Source: Balanoglossus misakiensis (lineage: Eukaryota; Animalia; Hemichordata). Taken from it: a stretch of 64,000 nucleotides of DNA. The stretch is from positions 7,538,043 through 7,602,042 of the forward strand of contig CM082593.2 of the NCBI GenBank assembly GCA_040954595.2, read 5' to 3'. The translations under genes and the position numbers were made by a program. Shown one piece after another: positions 12,836 to 25,920 of this stretch; the stretch's first letter is position 1; each line of letters opens with the position of its first letter. The notes under the pieces are model-generated. The model saw only the letters and a list, made by a program, of their open reading frames with translations. It searched no databases and had not been told where the DNA came from.

Positions 12836-15800
12836 TCACAATTTGTAGGGATGGTAAGATTTGAAATCGTTCCGATGATGAGTCCGCATCGGGCCAACTA
12901 AACCGGCGTTGCCATGGTGACTTGAATACAGCGTCGACAAAAGCGTGTTCCGCAGGAGCGGGTTGTACGACACCATGGACGGCGACACGGACGTGGTGAG
13001 GGCGCAGGGCAGGTTCAGCACCGAGAAGCTGGACTGCCTCAGCGGCCCCGCGTCCGACACGACGGAGGGATGATGTGACGTCATCAAATGTTCGTGTGAT
13101 GTCAAGGAAATGTCTTTTGGCGCCATCGCCGACCTGGGCGTCGGTGCTGAGAATGGCGGTGACATCATGAAAGGTGGAACAGCGGCTTTCATCTGGTGCT
13201 GAGGCGGTAGGTGGCTGTGTTTCAGTAAATCGACAGCCGTCGGGATTGCGGGTTTGGAGCATAAAAATGGCGGCCATGACGGTCGGTGGAAAGCTGAGTG
13301 CATCATGTCTTCTCGTAAGCCAAATTTCGCAAAGCCTACAGGATAAAAAAATATTCATCTTTCAGTACGTGATGTTCAACGATACTTGAATTGCCAGAAA
13401 TAGAGGGCATTATATTGTAGACCGCTGCATTATCATGCCCTCCCCCTCCTTGTGACTTTTCTGCGCCATGATTGGTCGAAATAATTTATTCCCCGTTTAC
13501 AGAAACTTGTTCTTTATAACTAAATCCTAAAACAATACTGTGATGGTATAATTTATGAATAAATATCAGTTATTCGGCCATAGAAGTATGTATGCGTGAT
13601 TTGGGTAGAACGGTCACACATATTATGCATGATTTACTGGGTACCCGTTTCGGCCAACCGTCTTCTGACATGAAACAAGATAAAAGGGTAAATAACAAGC
13701 GATTCTGTTCCTCTTGATTTTTTCCCCGGCGCTGTATGATGACTTACCCTGCTCCGTGGCCGTTTTCAGTGACTTCAGGAATTCCACGGCCGGTCCCTGC
13801 CCATGGTGCGTGACGTCATTTCTCTTCAGCGGGTCTTTTCGACAACTTTCACACGCGCATCTGGCAATTTTCTCTTTGTCAATATTATCTGCAAAATATA
13901 AATCACATTTTCGTCAGTGTGTTATCAAATAGGGCGAAATTATACATGTATCTCATTGAATTGAAGGCACTCTTCAATATATGCATCTTTCAAAGCACAG
14001 CGATGTGTAAATAAAAATCTTTGGTGACAGAATTTGGGACCAGGACAATTACCCTGTTCATGCATATATCACCCAGAAATTTCCCAACCACCAGTTAATG
14101 CTGTGGCTGGGGATATGGTATGTGGTAGTTCGATGTGTATATTTCAAATTCAAGCAAAAGTCCAAGAACCGAAAGTTTTGTGCCTAATTTACTTTAGTTT
14201 CAATGTTACTAATGACAATTGTCTTGTACTGTAGGCCTCAGGGCAATAGCGTTAGTCATAATTGCGTGTTTTCGTTATGAATAGGTCATTTCACAATTCC
14301 AGCTCTCATTAAACCAAACTATATCGGATGAACGATGCACAAATAATGTTTCGTATAGCAGACAAGCCATGTAATAAATTCTATAGCTAATTCAATTCGC
14401 AATCAACGTCTACTACATTCCGATAATCACCTTGGTTGGCCGGATTTTGCGCTTTCAGGCACTGTATAATATTCTGCAGACCGTCTTTGATTGGCATCCT
14501 CCGCGAGGACAACTTGAAACCGGCCAGCATCGCCTTGGTTACGCCGGCGCCCTCCTGGTCGGCCGACTTGTCATTGCCGAGTTTGTACGCGTCGAATATC
14601 GCCATGGCGACGGGAAAGACTTTGCAAGAGGCGAGCTCATTCCCCCAGTACATCCAGAATTCGTTGATGATCGGTGGTCCAAGGGTTGGGTCCTGAAATG
14701 GTAGTATATCTGTAATTGGCTGGATATCATCTTGCCATGGTAAATTAGACTACATTTGAATAACTCCATATTTGGTCAACGCGACGGCAACGAACACAAC
14801 GATTTATAGTTCAGGCAACCCTGCTCTGCTCTGTTTTACGGGAGTGTCAATATGGAGGTAAATTCTTCCACTAGACAACTTTTTAAACGCAAAACTTTCG
14901 TGGTTGTTTGGTATAGGAGTCTAATTTGTTTTAATTCAAGGGTTTTGCGCACATAGGGATTGTCTAGAGAAAGAAGCCTAAATTTCTCACCCTTAAAATC
15001 AAGTCAGCTCTTTTGAAATCGTAGGCACTGCACTTTGTTGACGTCATGTGATCCAGTAGAGCGACGAATCTTGCTGCGTCTTGTTCAGGCAACTTCGACC
15101 CAACCTCGTTCAAGGCGATGTAAAAGTATTCGTGGAAACTTTTCAAACACGGAAGAACCATAGTGTCCTGGTGAAGGCAATGTATGAGCGGATTGTTAAT
15201 AAGGATTGTGATTCCAAATGTATGGTTTTGTAGAAACAGTTTATGGAAATAACCTGTCTCTGGTGATCTGCTTTACGATTTTGCTAAATATTGCAATAAA
15301 AATCCTTTATTCAATATGGCGTCTTTCATCAAATCGTTCAGAGGTCAAAAGCTACAGATTGTAGTTACATGTATCACTGTTACATTTCAAAGTCAATATT
15401 GCTTTATGCTATACAGTTTTATAGATTCCATGTTTCCATCTTGTGAGGAAAACTAGAGACAGATAATATGCGCATGTTTCAAAAGCGATATGGGCATACC
15501 TTCAGCATTTGCAGAATATCTGCCGCGTTTCTTTCCGGAAACGTTTTCACCAAATTCTCCCGCTGCAACTCCAGGATGGATTCTGCGCATGCCTGGATTA
15601 CCTGATCGCGGTCGGTCGGTTTCAGGTCGACCACCAGTGCCTGTAGATTTAATGCGCATTAGTTATTTTATGCAAGGTAAAGAGACGCATTTCAACACCA
15701 GAATTTCAACTTGAAAGAGAATGTAAGCTCTCAGTATGATCACTGTTTTGCAACTATACACCTTGGATGGAGTAACTGCAAACTGTAATGAAATCATTCG

Positions 15801-18800
15801 CCATTTTGTTTTCAAAATTTCAACAATTGAAAATGTCTTCTGGCAGATAAGACTTTTGAGCCATTTTTATATATTGAAATATTGATATGACTGATATCAC
15901 TAGCCATGCATAAAATTTCCGTGGCGATTCTCTGATTGCAGAATTGACGTCACAACTGAATAGACCAAAGTATCACTGATTCCGACAAGGGGAGCTTGTC
16001 GATCTTGATTTGAGGAAAGAAGTTCCCTGCGCTCAAAAAATCAGCGCTTTACTGTGTACTTATCATGATGACGTCATGGGAGAGACCTACCGGCAGATGA
16101 CAACAGGCAAAATGTGCTTGGGGGTCCAGAAGGGTCTTCACCAAAGTGGCAAAGTGTCGACGCAGACCTTCCACTGTGCCTTTCTGCCATAATGTTAACT
16201 GCACTATCGACATACAGCCCCTGCAAATATGTAAATAATTTTCCACTCAGTGCGAGATCTCGCGAGACTTGGTTAATTACCGTAGAGACGGGTTGCCAGC
16301 CAAGTAATACATGTCAAACTTTGTATGAATTAAGAACAGGTGCAGAGTTTAGCAAAATTTTAAACTTTTGTGCAGTTTTTCACGATGTGCCATGTGTTGT
16401 TTTTCCTTTTTCCTGTATCGCGGTGAGAATGCATTCCATTATAAACTGCTTAGCCACGCGAGATCTGGTCTATTGGGAGATGTGATATCAATTATGGACA
16501 GTGAGATTCGAAGAGACCGCTGACTGTCGTTGACTTAAAGAACTCAATTAACAAAAACGCGTAAACGATTTGGAAATAAATGTACGTGAAAATGCATTTA
16601 TGAAAAAAAGTTCTGAGTAAGTAAGTAAGAATAACGGTAGGTCGGAATATATGAATCACAACATTGTTGTAATCGAAAGAAAATAATTTTTCATGTGTAT
16701 TAAAGTCAAATGGATTCAAACACAACTGCAGTCCTACCTTTGGAAGTTTGGCGCCATAGTTATAATCGTTTGAAAGCCTTCGATCAACTCCAGGGTATCG
16801 TCGCATAGCAACACTGGGGTCACGTGGTGGACGCGTGGTAAACCCTCGCGGAATTTCAACTGTTTAAGGATGTCGATCATAAACGGGAACGCGAACGTGA
16901 TGTGCTGCTTGTCGGGTTTAATCGAGAAACTTTTGATAGCCTGGAAGGAAAATGAAATAAAATTTTAAGTAGGATTGTTATCGGGTCCAATTTTCTAATA
17001 TAGCAATTCGGAGGGCCCAGATAGTATTGTTTTATTAGACAGAAATGCACCCAGTATCGTTGTGAATGAATTTGCCTACTCACCTGCTGGACATTATCAG
17101 GCAGGCAGCCTATGACATCCATCGTCAGTGTGTTTTTGGCCTGGGATTCTGTCGGTTTGGACCTCTCGTGCAAGTCTCGTCTTTGGCGAGGTCTCGTCAC
17201 TTTCTGCTGGGCCTGTTGACACAAGCGGCATGGTGTTAGTCACTATTCGTAGCCCCAGAAAGAAAATCTGTGATTGGCTCCACACTCCATGGTAACTGTA
17301 TATCTAAATTTACACATGGATTCCCTTAAAGCGATATTCTAAATTCTGATCAATTGTTTTTGCGTATTTTGAGTTAAGTTGAAAACTGACAGGCATTTAT
17401 ACATGTAATTAGTTTACTGCCGTTATCATTTACAGTTCCGAAATGGACTCCCCGTATTAAACAATATGCACACTGTCGCCTTACCAATCTCAGCTCGGCT
17501 TCGAACACGTGGGACGGATCCACTCCCAATTCTAGCATCTCAGTTGGGATTTTTCTGGTATCAGGCCTCTGGTGGTCGTGCGTGCCACGTGACTCGAAGG
17601 TGATGGCGTCTGGACGGTCGCTCCATAAATGAACGACGGGAAAGCCGTTGTTTCCTCGACACCTGATTAAGATAACGAATACACCGTGTTGCAAAAAAAT
17701 AGCTTGAATTTTTTTTACGAAAAACGGCTTTGTTTCTGTCCTCATTGTACAAAAACATCTACTAAGTATTCTCACAATATTTCTTACCAATGCCATCGTA
17801 CTAATACCACAGCGCCCCCAGTGTGCGCTATTTGATTCCCTCATTCTGCTCGACTGCGCAACATGCCATGCAAAACCATGTTGTCATTCATTACTCTCAT
17901 TAGTCACAAACGTTTGTTCGCAAACTGGAAGTACTAATGCTACAGTGCCCTACTCATTCTATGTAAAACCATGGGGTCTAACTACTATAACGCGTACAAA
18001 AAAACAACCTATAGGGTCACAAAATCACTTACTTCCTGTGTATCAGTATGCCTTTGCAGGAAGGGTTGGGGCAGGGCTTTCCGATCTGTTTCTCTCGGAC
18101 TTTGTCGGAGATGGCCGGGCGGATGGCGATGGGTGCCCAGTCGAGCTCGTCGTCGTCGTCGGTACTGCAGGCCTCCGAACAGTTGCTGCAGACGATAACG
18201 CCGATGCACGCTTTCTTCAGGACGTATTTGTTGTGGTTGTTTGTGTACTTCATGGCCCAGCCTGGGGAAGAGAGCGAATTTGTGTTGGTTGTGTGCTATA
18301 AAGGGCGTCTCTGGCGGTGGAATTGAGGGTGGGGTGGTTTGGTGGGTGGATGGGTGGGATGGATGGACGAACGGCTGGAAGGAAGGAAGGAAGGCGGAAA
18401 GACTGACTGGGACGGACGGACGGGTGGGTCCTTAGGTGGTTTGCTGGCTGGTGTGGGGATATAGGGGAGGTTTGTCTTAACCGCCATCTTGGAAACAAGG
18501 TGCGTTGTGGGATAGAACTGGAGGGCTTTTGGAGGGGTACTTCGCAAGTACCCCTCCAAAACCCCTCAAATTCTATCCCACAACGCACCTTGTTTCCAAG
18601 ATGGCGGTTAAGACAAACCTCCCCTATAAGTATGTCACGGGGAGAAATAAACATCAACAACGACGACGACGACAATGACAAGACAAAGACCGAGACAAAA
18701 TTCCGCACCTGATACGTGTCCCTGTGCTTCGGGATCGGTCGGCCGATACTGCCTCTTCACACTGCCGTTTGCCCATTCGTCGAAGTCGTCGTACTCCACC

Positions 18801-20922
18801 AGCTTAGCAGGGTCCAGGGAAGAACCTGTACATCTCGAACTGAGCGGCATCTACAAGAAGAAATAATCGCATTAAATGGAGAAGAGTCCCAACGGTAGAC
18901 ATCTAACACTAGCCTAGTCACATTTAGTATAATCTTAGATTTTGTATGTTTTTGTACAAATCCCTTAAATTGTGTAAATCTACGAACTGGATTACACTAC
19001 TAGATCAAAAATGTAGTTTTCTGTCCGTCTTCCCCTGTAACCTTTGCACACTGAACAAACTGTGGCTGGATTTGCCCGGCAAACGATAAGAGGTGAAAAT
19101 GTCGCAAGTGGCCTACTGCGCACACAGCGGAGCATGTTCACGCCAACTAGGAACAGTACCCCGAATTGACAGGTAATTTCGGTTTTCAAACTGACACGGA
19201 TTCACAAACAGCAATCCACAGACCATCCGAACAGATGGCTACCGGCTGCGTCACATGGAAATAAGTCTAATATACCGACACTTTATACAACCCCGCCATT
19301 TTCACTTTCACTTGTAACTCAGCCGGCCATACTATCACAGTCTGAAACCGACTTGAAACGGTCGGGCATATTTTGCAAATGCGTGCGCATCAGTAGTTGA
19401 AATGTCTCTATCCAATGCAACTAATCATGACTCCTAGAGTTCTATCGATAACACATAGAACTGCGGGACTCCTTGGTTAGCCAGAACGATCGTTTGGTAG
19501 CAAGGCACGAATGACCCACGGCGGTCTACACACCTGATCAGACGAAGACGGCTTGGTTTGTGCGCCTGCGCATTCTCTGTCAGCGTTGCATAGCCTGGGT
19601 ATATCTAACCTGCAAACGTGAGTAAAAGAGTGTATTCTAGTGAGATAAAAAAACAACATCTAAATGTGATAGTGACAACACAACACAGCGCTAATGACAC
19701 GATCGTTGTTTTCCTTTTCCGATAGGCTTGGCGCTTTCGTTTCTAATAGTTACAACAATTCTGCATCATGTACAGTCGGCAAACTCATAGCATTTAAAGT
19801 TCACGGAAAGGTCATTCAACTGACTGGGTGTAGACAAATACGCACCTATCGTTGATGATGGAACCAAGCGCGTTGTTGAACGTGGAGAGAATCTCTGCGT
19901 GGTCCCCCAGGCGGAGGTTCAAAATTCGTTCACTGCCGTCGTCCGACAGTGCGGAGTCGGAGCATCCGGTTTTCCCGCCATCACTGAAGACGTCGATTTC
20001 TTCTTCCGAGTTTTGCGACGCTGCATGGAGTGAAGAAACGACAGCGTCAGCGAATCAGTTGATTCATCTGCTGACGTAAGTGATTGGGCATATCAAAATA
20101 ACAATGTTTTGATATTTTATGTCCTGCGTATTTGTTCGTACATCTGATCAGAGTTTTAAGGTAGTACGCGCCTCGGGGACAGATTTTCAGAAAAATGATA
20201 GTCCTTCAAACCCTCCAACACTTACTGCTATATTAAAGGGACAAATTCTCTCTCTCTCGCTGCCTTTTTCCATTAATTATTTTGATACAAGACATTGTTT
20301 ATGTTTTCATGTACATGTACATGTGGATATATAGTGAATGAACGTTCAGCCACACACAACTTCCATCCCGCTTGTAGGATATGAGAGACTTTGTCCCTTT
20401 TAAGCGTTTTGGGAGTCTTTTTTGAAAACAATTAAGAAAACAGGGTGTTCACTGTCGTGTTTTCATGAAAATCGCTACTTCAAATTTTCTTCATAGACTG
20501 ACACACTGAGAGACTGGCGGCCATTTTGAATTTTAGACAACTTTACACCACTTCGTTCTATCTCTCTCATTCAGACAGACCGGCAGGCAGGCAGGCAGAG
20601 ACAGGAGAATCCTTACATCCACGATTACAAGAAAATGACAATACTTTCAATTTTACCGATACTAAAACTAGCCTAGGCAGCTTCTCGTCTCACCTTCGTG
20701 ATCATCCGCGGCATCTTGTCGCTCGCCGCCGGCCTCTTCACACCCCTCTTCTCGCGCCTCCTCGCCATCGCTGTCCACGACCTCGATGTCGGAATCGGAC
20801 GAAGACGAGGCGGCGTCTCCTCCACAAGTGACGACGTCATCGCCCTTCAAAGATGGCGGCGAGTTGGGCAAAGACACCGACGCGTTGTCATCATGATCAA
20901 GTGCTGTAGAAACCTCCATCAT
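12836..20922 (-). CDS. GCM (glial cells missing)-domain protein with C-terminal Mutator/MULE transposase-like region, ~903 aa, 14 coding exons
   Basis: Minus-strand exons 20922-20694, 20020-19846, 19609-19534, 18850-18709, 18261-18033, 17662-17485, 17212-17084, 16940-16738, 16220-16091, 15640-15500, 15167-14991, 14692-14431, 13888-13748, 13335-12836. All introns are GT-AG and phase-consistent, total 2712 nt with no internal stop. GCM domain: [109 protein letters not shown]. An acceptor precedes the ATG exon, so an upstream exon exists and the true start may lie further 5'. Confidence 0.85.
17485..18850 (-). CDS. Exons encoding the GCM zinc DNA-binding domain (part of the 12836-20922 gene)
   Basis: All eight canonical GCM zinc-ligand positions are recognisable (KKAC, VCSNC, CPNPSC, KCRG, HDH), together with the FDEW..G and WAM..TNNHN motifs. 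Confidence 0.92.
18460..18628. mobile_element. ~165-bp foldback MITE / perfect hairpin in an intron of the GCM gene
   Basis: TATAGGGGAGGTTTGTCTTAACCGCCATCTTGGAAACAAGGTGCGTTGTGGGATAGAA...TTCTATCCCACAACGCACCTTGTTTCCAAGATGGCGGTTAAGACAAACCTCCCCTATA. The arms meet around 18544; TA/TATA at both ends. Confidence 0.85.
20233..20403. mobile_element. Short TTAA-flanked Kolobok-type MITE, deletion derivative of the family at 45619-45970
   Basis: TTAA-AGGGACAAA...TTTGTCCCTT-TTAA. The internal TTTGATACAAGACA..TGTACATGTGGATATATAGTGAAT.ACGTTCA.CCACACACA.TTCCATCCCGCTTGTAG is shared with 45660-45746. Confidence 0.75.
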
Positions 20923-23900
20923 CTCCGTCACTGAAGAAAAAAAAACACAATTGTATAAGGAGATTGTCGATTTTTAGATTCTAATAACTCGAAAGATAAA
21001 ATGGAAAAAAAAACACGAGGCGTGTAATGGGTTTGAGCACGACAAAACGACGCGATTATACATTGTGTCAAACAATCAAATATCGCGTATTTCTGAAACG
21101 ATCTAATAAAGGCATATTCTATGACGTCAGTGATGATTTGATAAAAGACACCCACCAACTATCTATGTTGATAAGAAAAGCGGCAACTGTTTCAAAAACG
21201 GCCATGTTCAACTAAGAATACGTTGTACATGTACTTAAAAAGGCAACTCGACGTCATCTATAAATGATATGATTATTTTATGTAACTTTTAAGATATCCA
21301 CATTTATCTCCTCGTGGGAATTATCTGATAAGCGAGGCAATCTTTAGAGTGGGTTTACGTTAGAGATATTAAATTTCATGGAGTACATGACAAGTGTCTG
21401 CTCACAAAGAAAGAATAGTGCTCTCCAACGGCAAATGAACTTCATTGGAGTAAACCGCATGCAGACAGACACGAGAGATGAAGACAGATTCTGCGCGTGC
21501 GGGATTATAATCATCTTTCGACAGACAAAACCGCATGTCACTGTTTAGGGTGTTGGTTGCAAGACTGCCTGAATTACTTTGAATTCGCAACCGTGACTTT
21601 GTCGGGTTAAACTCCCTCCCTTGCCGTTCGGATGTTAATCTGTATAGTGCGTGCATGTACATAGCATGTTTAATGTATTCTGGCTTTATAAGTTTATCGG
21701 AGCTATAGCTTTCTGAATGGCGGTGAAACCTACTTTTTTAAGGAAATACGTTGCACTGTGTGTATTTGACGTGGTAAATACGGGTACTTTCATGACCTTT
21801 GGCAATGGCGAAAGTTTGACAAACCATGGAAGAGCTGTCTTATAGTACAACTATGAACAAGCGATCGAAGTATTCTGTCGACAAACGACGGGCGTTATTT
21901 TGGGCGCCTTGCGCGTTTCTCACGCTCCCAACTCCCGCGTCTCCGACGAAATGCCTACGTCATCAAGCCGCCTTCTCCGTGGCGAAAATGTACCAATGAC
22001 GTAATCGGGAGATGAACTTTTCATGTTTTCCCGGGACCTTAGACACTCGCATCGTGCAGGCGCGTGAGATCGGCCCCAGTAATGCCTCGGGTTTTCACAG
22101 TCTCCACGCCGATTTTGCTTTTAGATTTTCAGTCAGAAATCATCGATCAAGATTCCCCCTTCCCCGCACCCGGCGCGCACCCCTCTGCGCATGTGCGCGA
22201 CTGTTCAACTACTCCGTGCTATCTGAACAAGACAGGGTTGATTCTACAGTTTTCTCGTATCGGTAAAAATGATTATTTATTGCAGTTATCAAAATTAAAA
22301 TGTAATCTTGAATATCTGCACTGTGTTGCTATATTCATCGGGGGAATGGAATAATTGTCCATCAACACACAGAAGTAAAATTAATTGTGAAACGTTTGGC
22401 GAGCAGATGATAAAAAAGCGTCAAGCGCGATGAAATGTCAAAAAACACTCCTCTTCGTACGCGTCGGTTATTGCTATGCATTCGCATGCCATCCTGTTTA
22501 CTAGCGACGAAGCAAAAGTCGAATGTGTAAAGTTGTCTCACGTCGTGTGCAAAAAGTCGACAACTACTAGAAATGGTTCGAGAGCTCCCTCCTGTAGATC
22601 TACTGGGAAGGCCATGGTTCTGTCGGTTAACGACCGCTAAAATTTCAATGCGGTGACGTCACGATTCTGGTTAGTAAATCACGCGCGCTTTTGCTGAACG
22701 ACAGCATCCTTGATACAGCAGGCGGCCGTAGATTTAAGGGACAGAAGTGCTAGATATTTTTTACCGTGTGATACTTTTTGGTATTGTGCCTTAATTATCG
22801 TTCTTTGTTCTACTCCTTAAAAGGTTAATGAAACGCCCGATCGCGTTCACATTGTCAATATACCTTGTGTAACACGTATAAAAGTGATTACTGATATTGG
22901 CTCTATCACGATGTAACGTTACCATTCATATTTTAACACTTATCAAGTATATCGTACAGTTCTGACACGCTAAATGGCGCGCTATGTTAAGATTCGGGGA
23001 AAATGTAACTGAAACTGCAGTTATTGTACAGAAAAAAATATAAGAAAGTAAGACCAAAGCCACAGCGACTGAACCATAACCAAAGTGATATTTCCTTACC
23101 TCACGTGCATGAAATGAATTTGCGCAAGCGTGAAATGACTGTGTGCGACACACGGTGGGACCACTGGAAGACTGACAGGCCGGCCTGCTTGCACGGAGAT
23201 GTCCCCCGTCATTCGCAATCGGGGATATAGATTAGTTAGACCCACCAGCGACAACAACAACGATTTTGGAATTGGACCAACACGTATTACCATGTTTATT
23301 TAATGAGTTAAATAGTTTAGGCACCCGTTCTTACCAGCGAATTCCAACAAGATGCAACCGTGCTCCAAAGAGCCTGGCCGGGTGAATTGTGAAACGTTTC
23401 GAGCACGACGGACCGTGTGCGTTTGACCTGTAACTCGCTGGGACGGTGTGACCAAAACAAGAAATCGGTACCCACTTTGGCCACATCTCAGAAGGAAGCA
23501 CCGTTTTTGTTGTCGGGTGGCAGGTACCGGTTGTACCCGTGTCTCCAGTCGTTGCCTAATAACATGTGTTATTGTAACAGCTATTGCCGTTGGAATTTTT
23601 CTCACCTCGCCAGACAGTGGGCCTATACAAACTGACCGCCTAACACAGCCTTAACAATCGATCGGTCATATTTAATGCATGAGCCGCATACCCCGGTAGA
23701 TAATCGCCCATTGAGGTTTGTATGTTCTCAGAATTTGAAGAAGAAAAAAAAAGCTGTCTCATTCTAAAATGAGTATATCACTGACGTTGTTTGTGTTTGT
23801 TTGTATACAAACCCGCAATATGTGTATATACAAGCTCGCTTCATTGCGTGTAATTAAAACGTGGTCTCACTGTCCCTTTCATTAACGGTCACATTGGTTC

Positions 23901-25751
23901 TATTCAGCATTTAGCTCGGTTGTCATCAGACGCTCTCATAGTCCCGAGTTTGTTACCCTGCGCCGGTTCATTGCTGTCCAGTCATGTCGCCGGGTACGTG
24001 AGTGGCATGAAGCTCGCCACTCCATAGTTTTCTTGGTTATGTGCTAGACGAGTTTTCAAATAAATTTCTGCGCCTGTCTTCGGTGAACTTGCCCTAAAAC
24101 CAACCATTCCACACAAACATAGAAAGACGAATAGAACATACATATATGAAGTCGTTCAACTTCTAGTTGCAGAAACATGCAAAACGAACATGTAGCTATA
24201 ATTTGTCAACAAAAGTTCTTCTGTCTCGTTCTAAGACTAGTTCGCTAACAACTAGTTCGCGCAACATTGGTATTATTTAGTTTATAGGCTATTTTAAGTT
24301 AGTTTGTTGGTTAGTTAGTTGGTTGGTTGGTTGGTTGGTAGGTCAGTTGGTTGGTTGGCCGTCTTATATTTAATCACCATATCTCGGTAAGGACTGTGGT
24401 ATATACAACGAGTGTACAATGTTGTTTGAGGCCCCCCCCCCCCCCCAATTTCACCGGACGCATGCGTGTTGCATTTTCAAACAACAGATAGCCTAAGCAC
24501 ACTTTCTTCATTGATGTCATAGCACTGGTCTACACAAATATCACGGTACGTCGCGACACGACGGACAAGGCACGGATGCAGGAGTTCGACCAACCGACCG
24601 ACCGTACTTATTCCAATCGTTTGACAGGATCCGGCGATAAGTTTGAGTTAGGCGTCGCTTCCGGAACCATTTCATGCTAACTGTTAAAAACACCCAAGTG
24701 ATGACTGATGGGGTGCTAAAAATAAAACTTTATTGGAAAATGATGCAAGAAGCAGTACACTACCCGTAGAACGTTGGACATGATTTGGGACTGTAACTTA
24801 TCCCGAAATTTGAAGTTTAAAATCTTGTATAAATTATTTTCAAAACCTCAGCGGAAAATGTATTGACCGAAGATTTCTGTCACGATATGTGTCGTTTAAT
24901 AAAATTATCAGAGTGATTTTCATAATGAAACATAAATAGCTCGAAAACATCTTGGCAGACGACAATTTCTGTCTGTCAAAATAGGCGCATGGGATTTTTG
25001 TAGGCCTACGTCATGTCAGCGACTGTCAGCAAGAGCATGGTAATGTATGTCGTACAATCTAAAGACGGTATTTGGCGAAAATTCATCATATCCGACCGAT
25101 TTTGAGTTTTGGCACAGAGGCATATGCCGCCGGTCTCAAAATTCCACCCGCCAAGACTTGGGGAAGACATATTATAATTGTTCTATGACCCGCTTCTCTA
25201 TCACCCCAAGAGACTGTCTTCTATGCGTGGGCTCCTCGCCTGCTCTTCGGTGGGAATCAGACAGGTGTAACCGATCTTATCTAAAGCCATTTCAACTGAC
25301 CACTGGCCTGTCAGCGACACTATTCTCTACTCTCATAAACTATTGATAAAGTATTTCCGTTTGTATCGATAGCAAATTCCAGCGATGGCATATCTTACAA
25401 GACCATTTGATTGCACTGTAGACAGCAGTCTATGATTAAACGTCTGTAAATCTGCAAGCCCCTTCGGCCGCTTCACTGATTTTGTCGTTTGCATGCGGTC
25501 GTCAGTTGAAATGTGTAGTCAACTTAGACGACAAAAATGAGTGACGATACATCTATTTTATGCCCGCGCCACCCCCTTCCTACCCGCGACTTGAGCTGTA
25601 CTGACTTGCGTATTGTATTAATCACTATTTGCTTTATTGTGGCTAAACAATTCTTGACAGAACGAAGAAGTCGGAACGACGATAACCTGAAAGAATTCTA
25701 ACTTCACACATGGGTTCTGCGTGCAAAGTCATCACCGTATACGCGTACGAA

Positions 25752-25920
25752 ACACAACACAACACAACACAACACAACACAACACAACACAACACAACAC
25801 AACACAACACAACACAACACAACACAACACAACACAACACAACACAACACAACACAACACAACTCAACACAGCACAGCACACCACACCACAACACAACAC
25901 AACACAACACAACACAACAC
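25752..25920. repeat. (ACACA)n pentanucleotide microsatellite
   Basis: Direct read; source of the spurious CCVVL/HNTTQ ORFs. Confidence 0.95.

Noticed and set aside
12836-20922. Calling the gene gcm (canonical ortholog) or an intact autonomous transposon
   Set aside because: The recognition motifs and architecture differ from Gcm1/2. I found no terminal inverted repeats or 9-bp TSD around it, and it has 13 introns.
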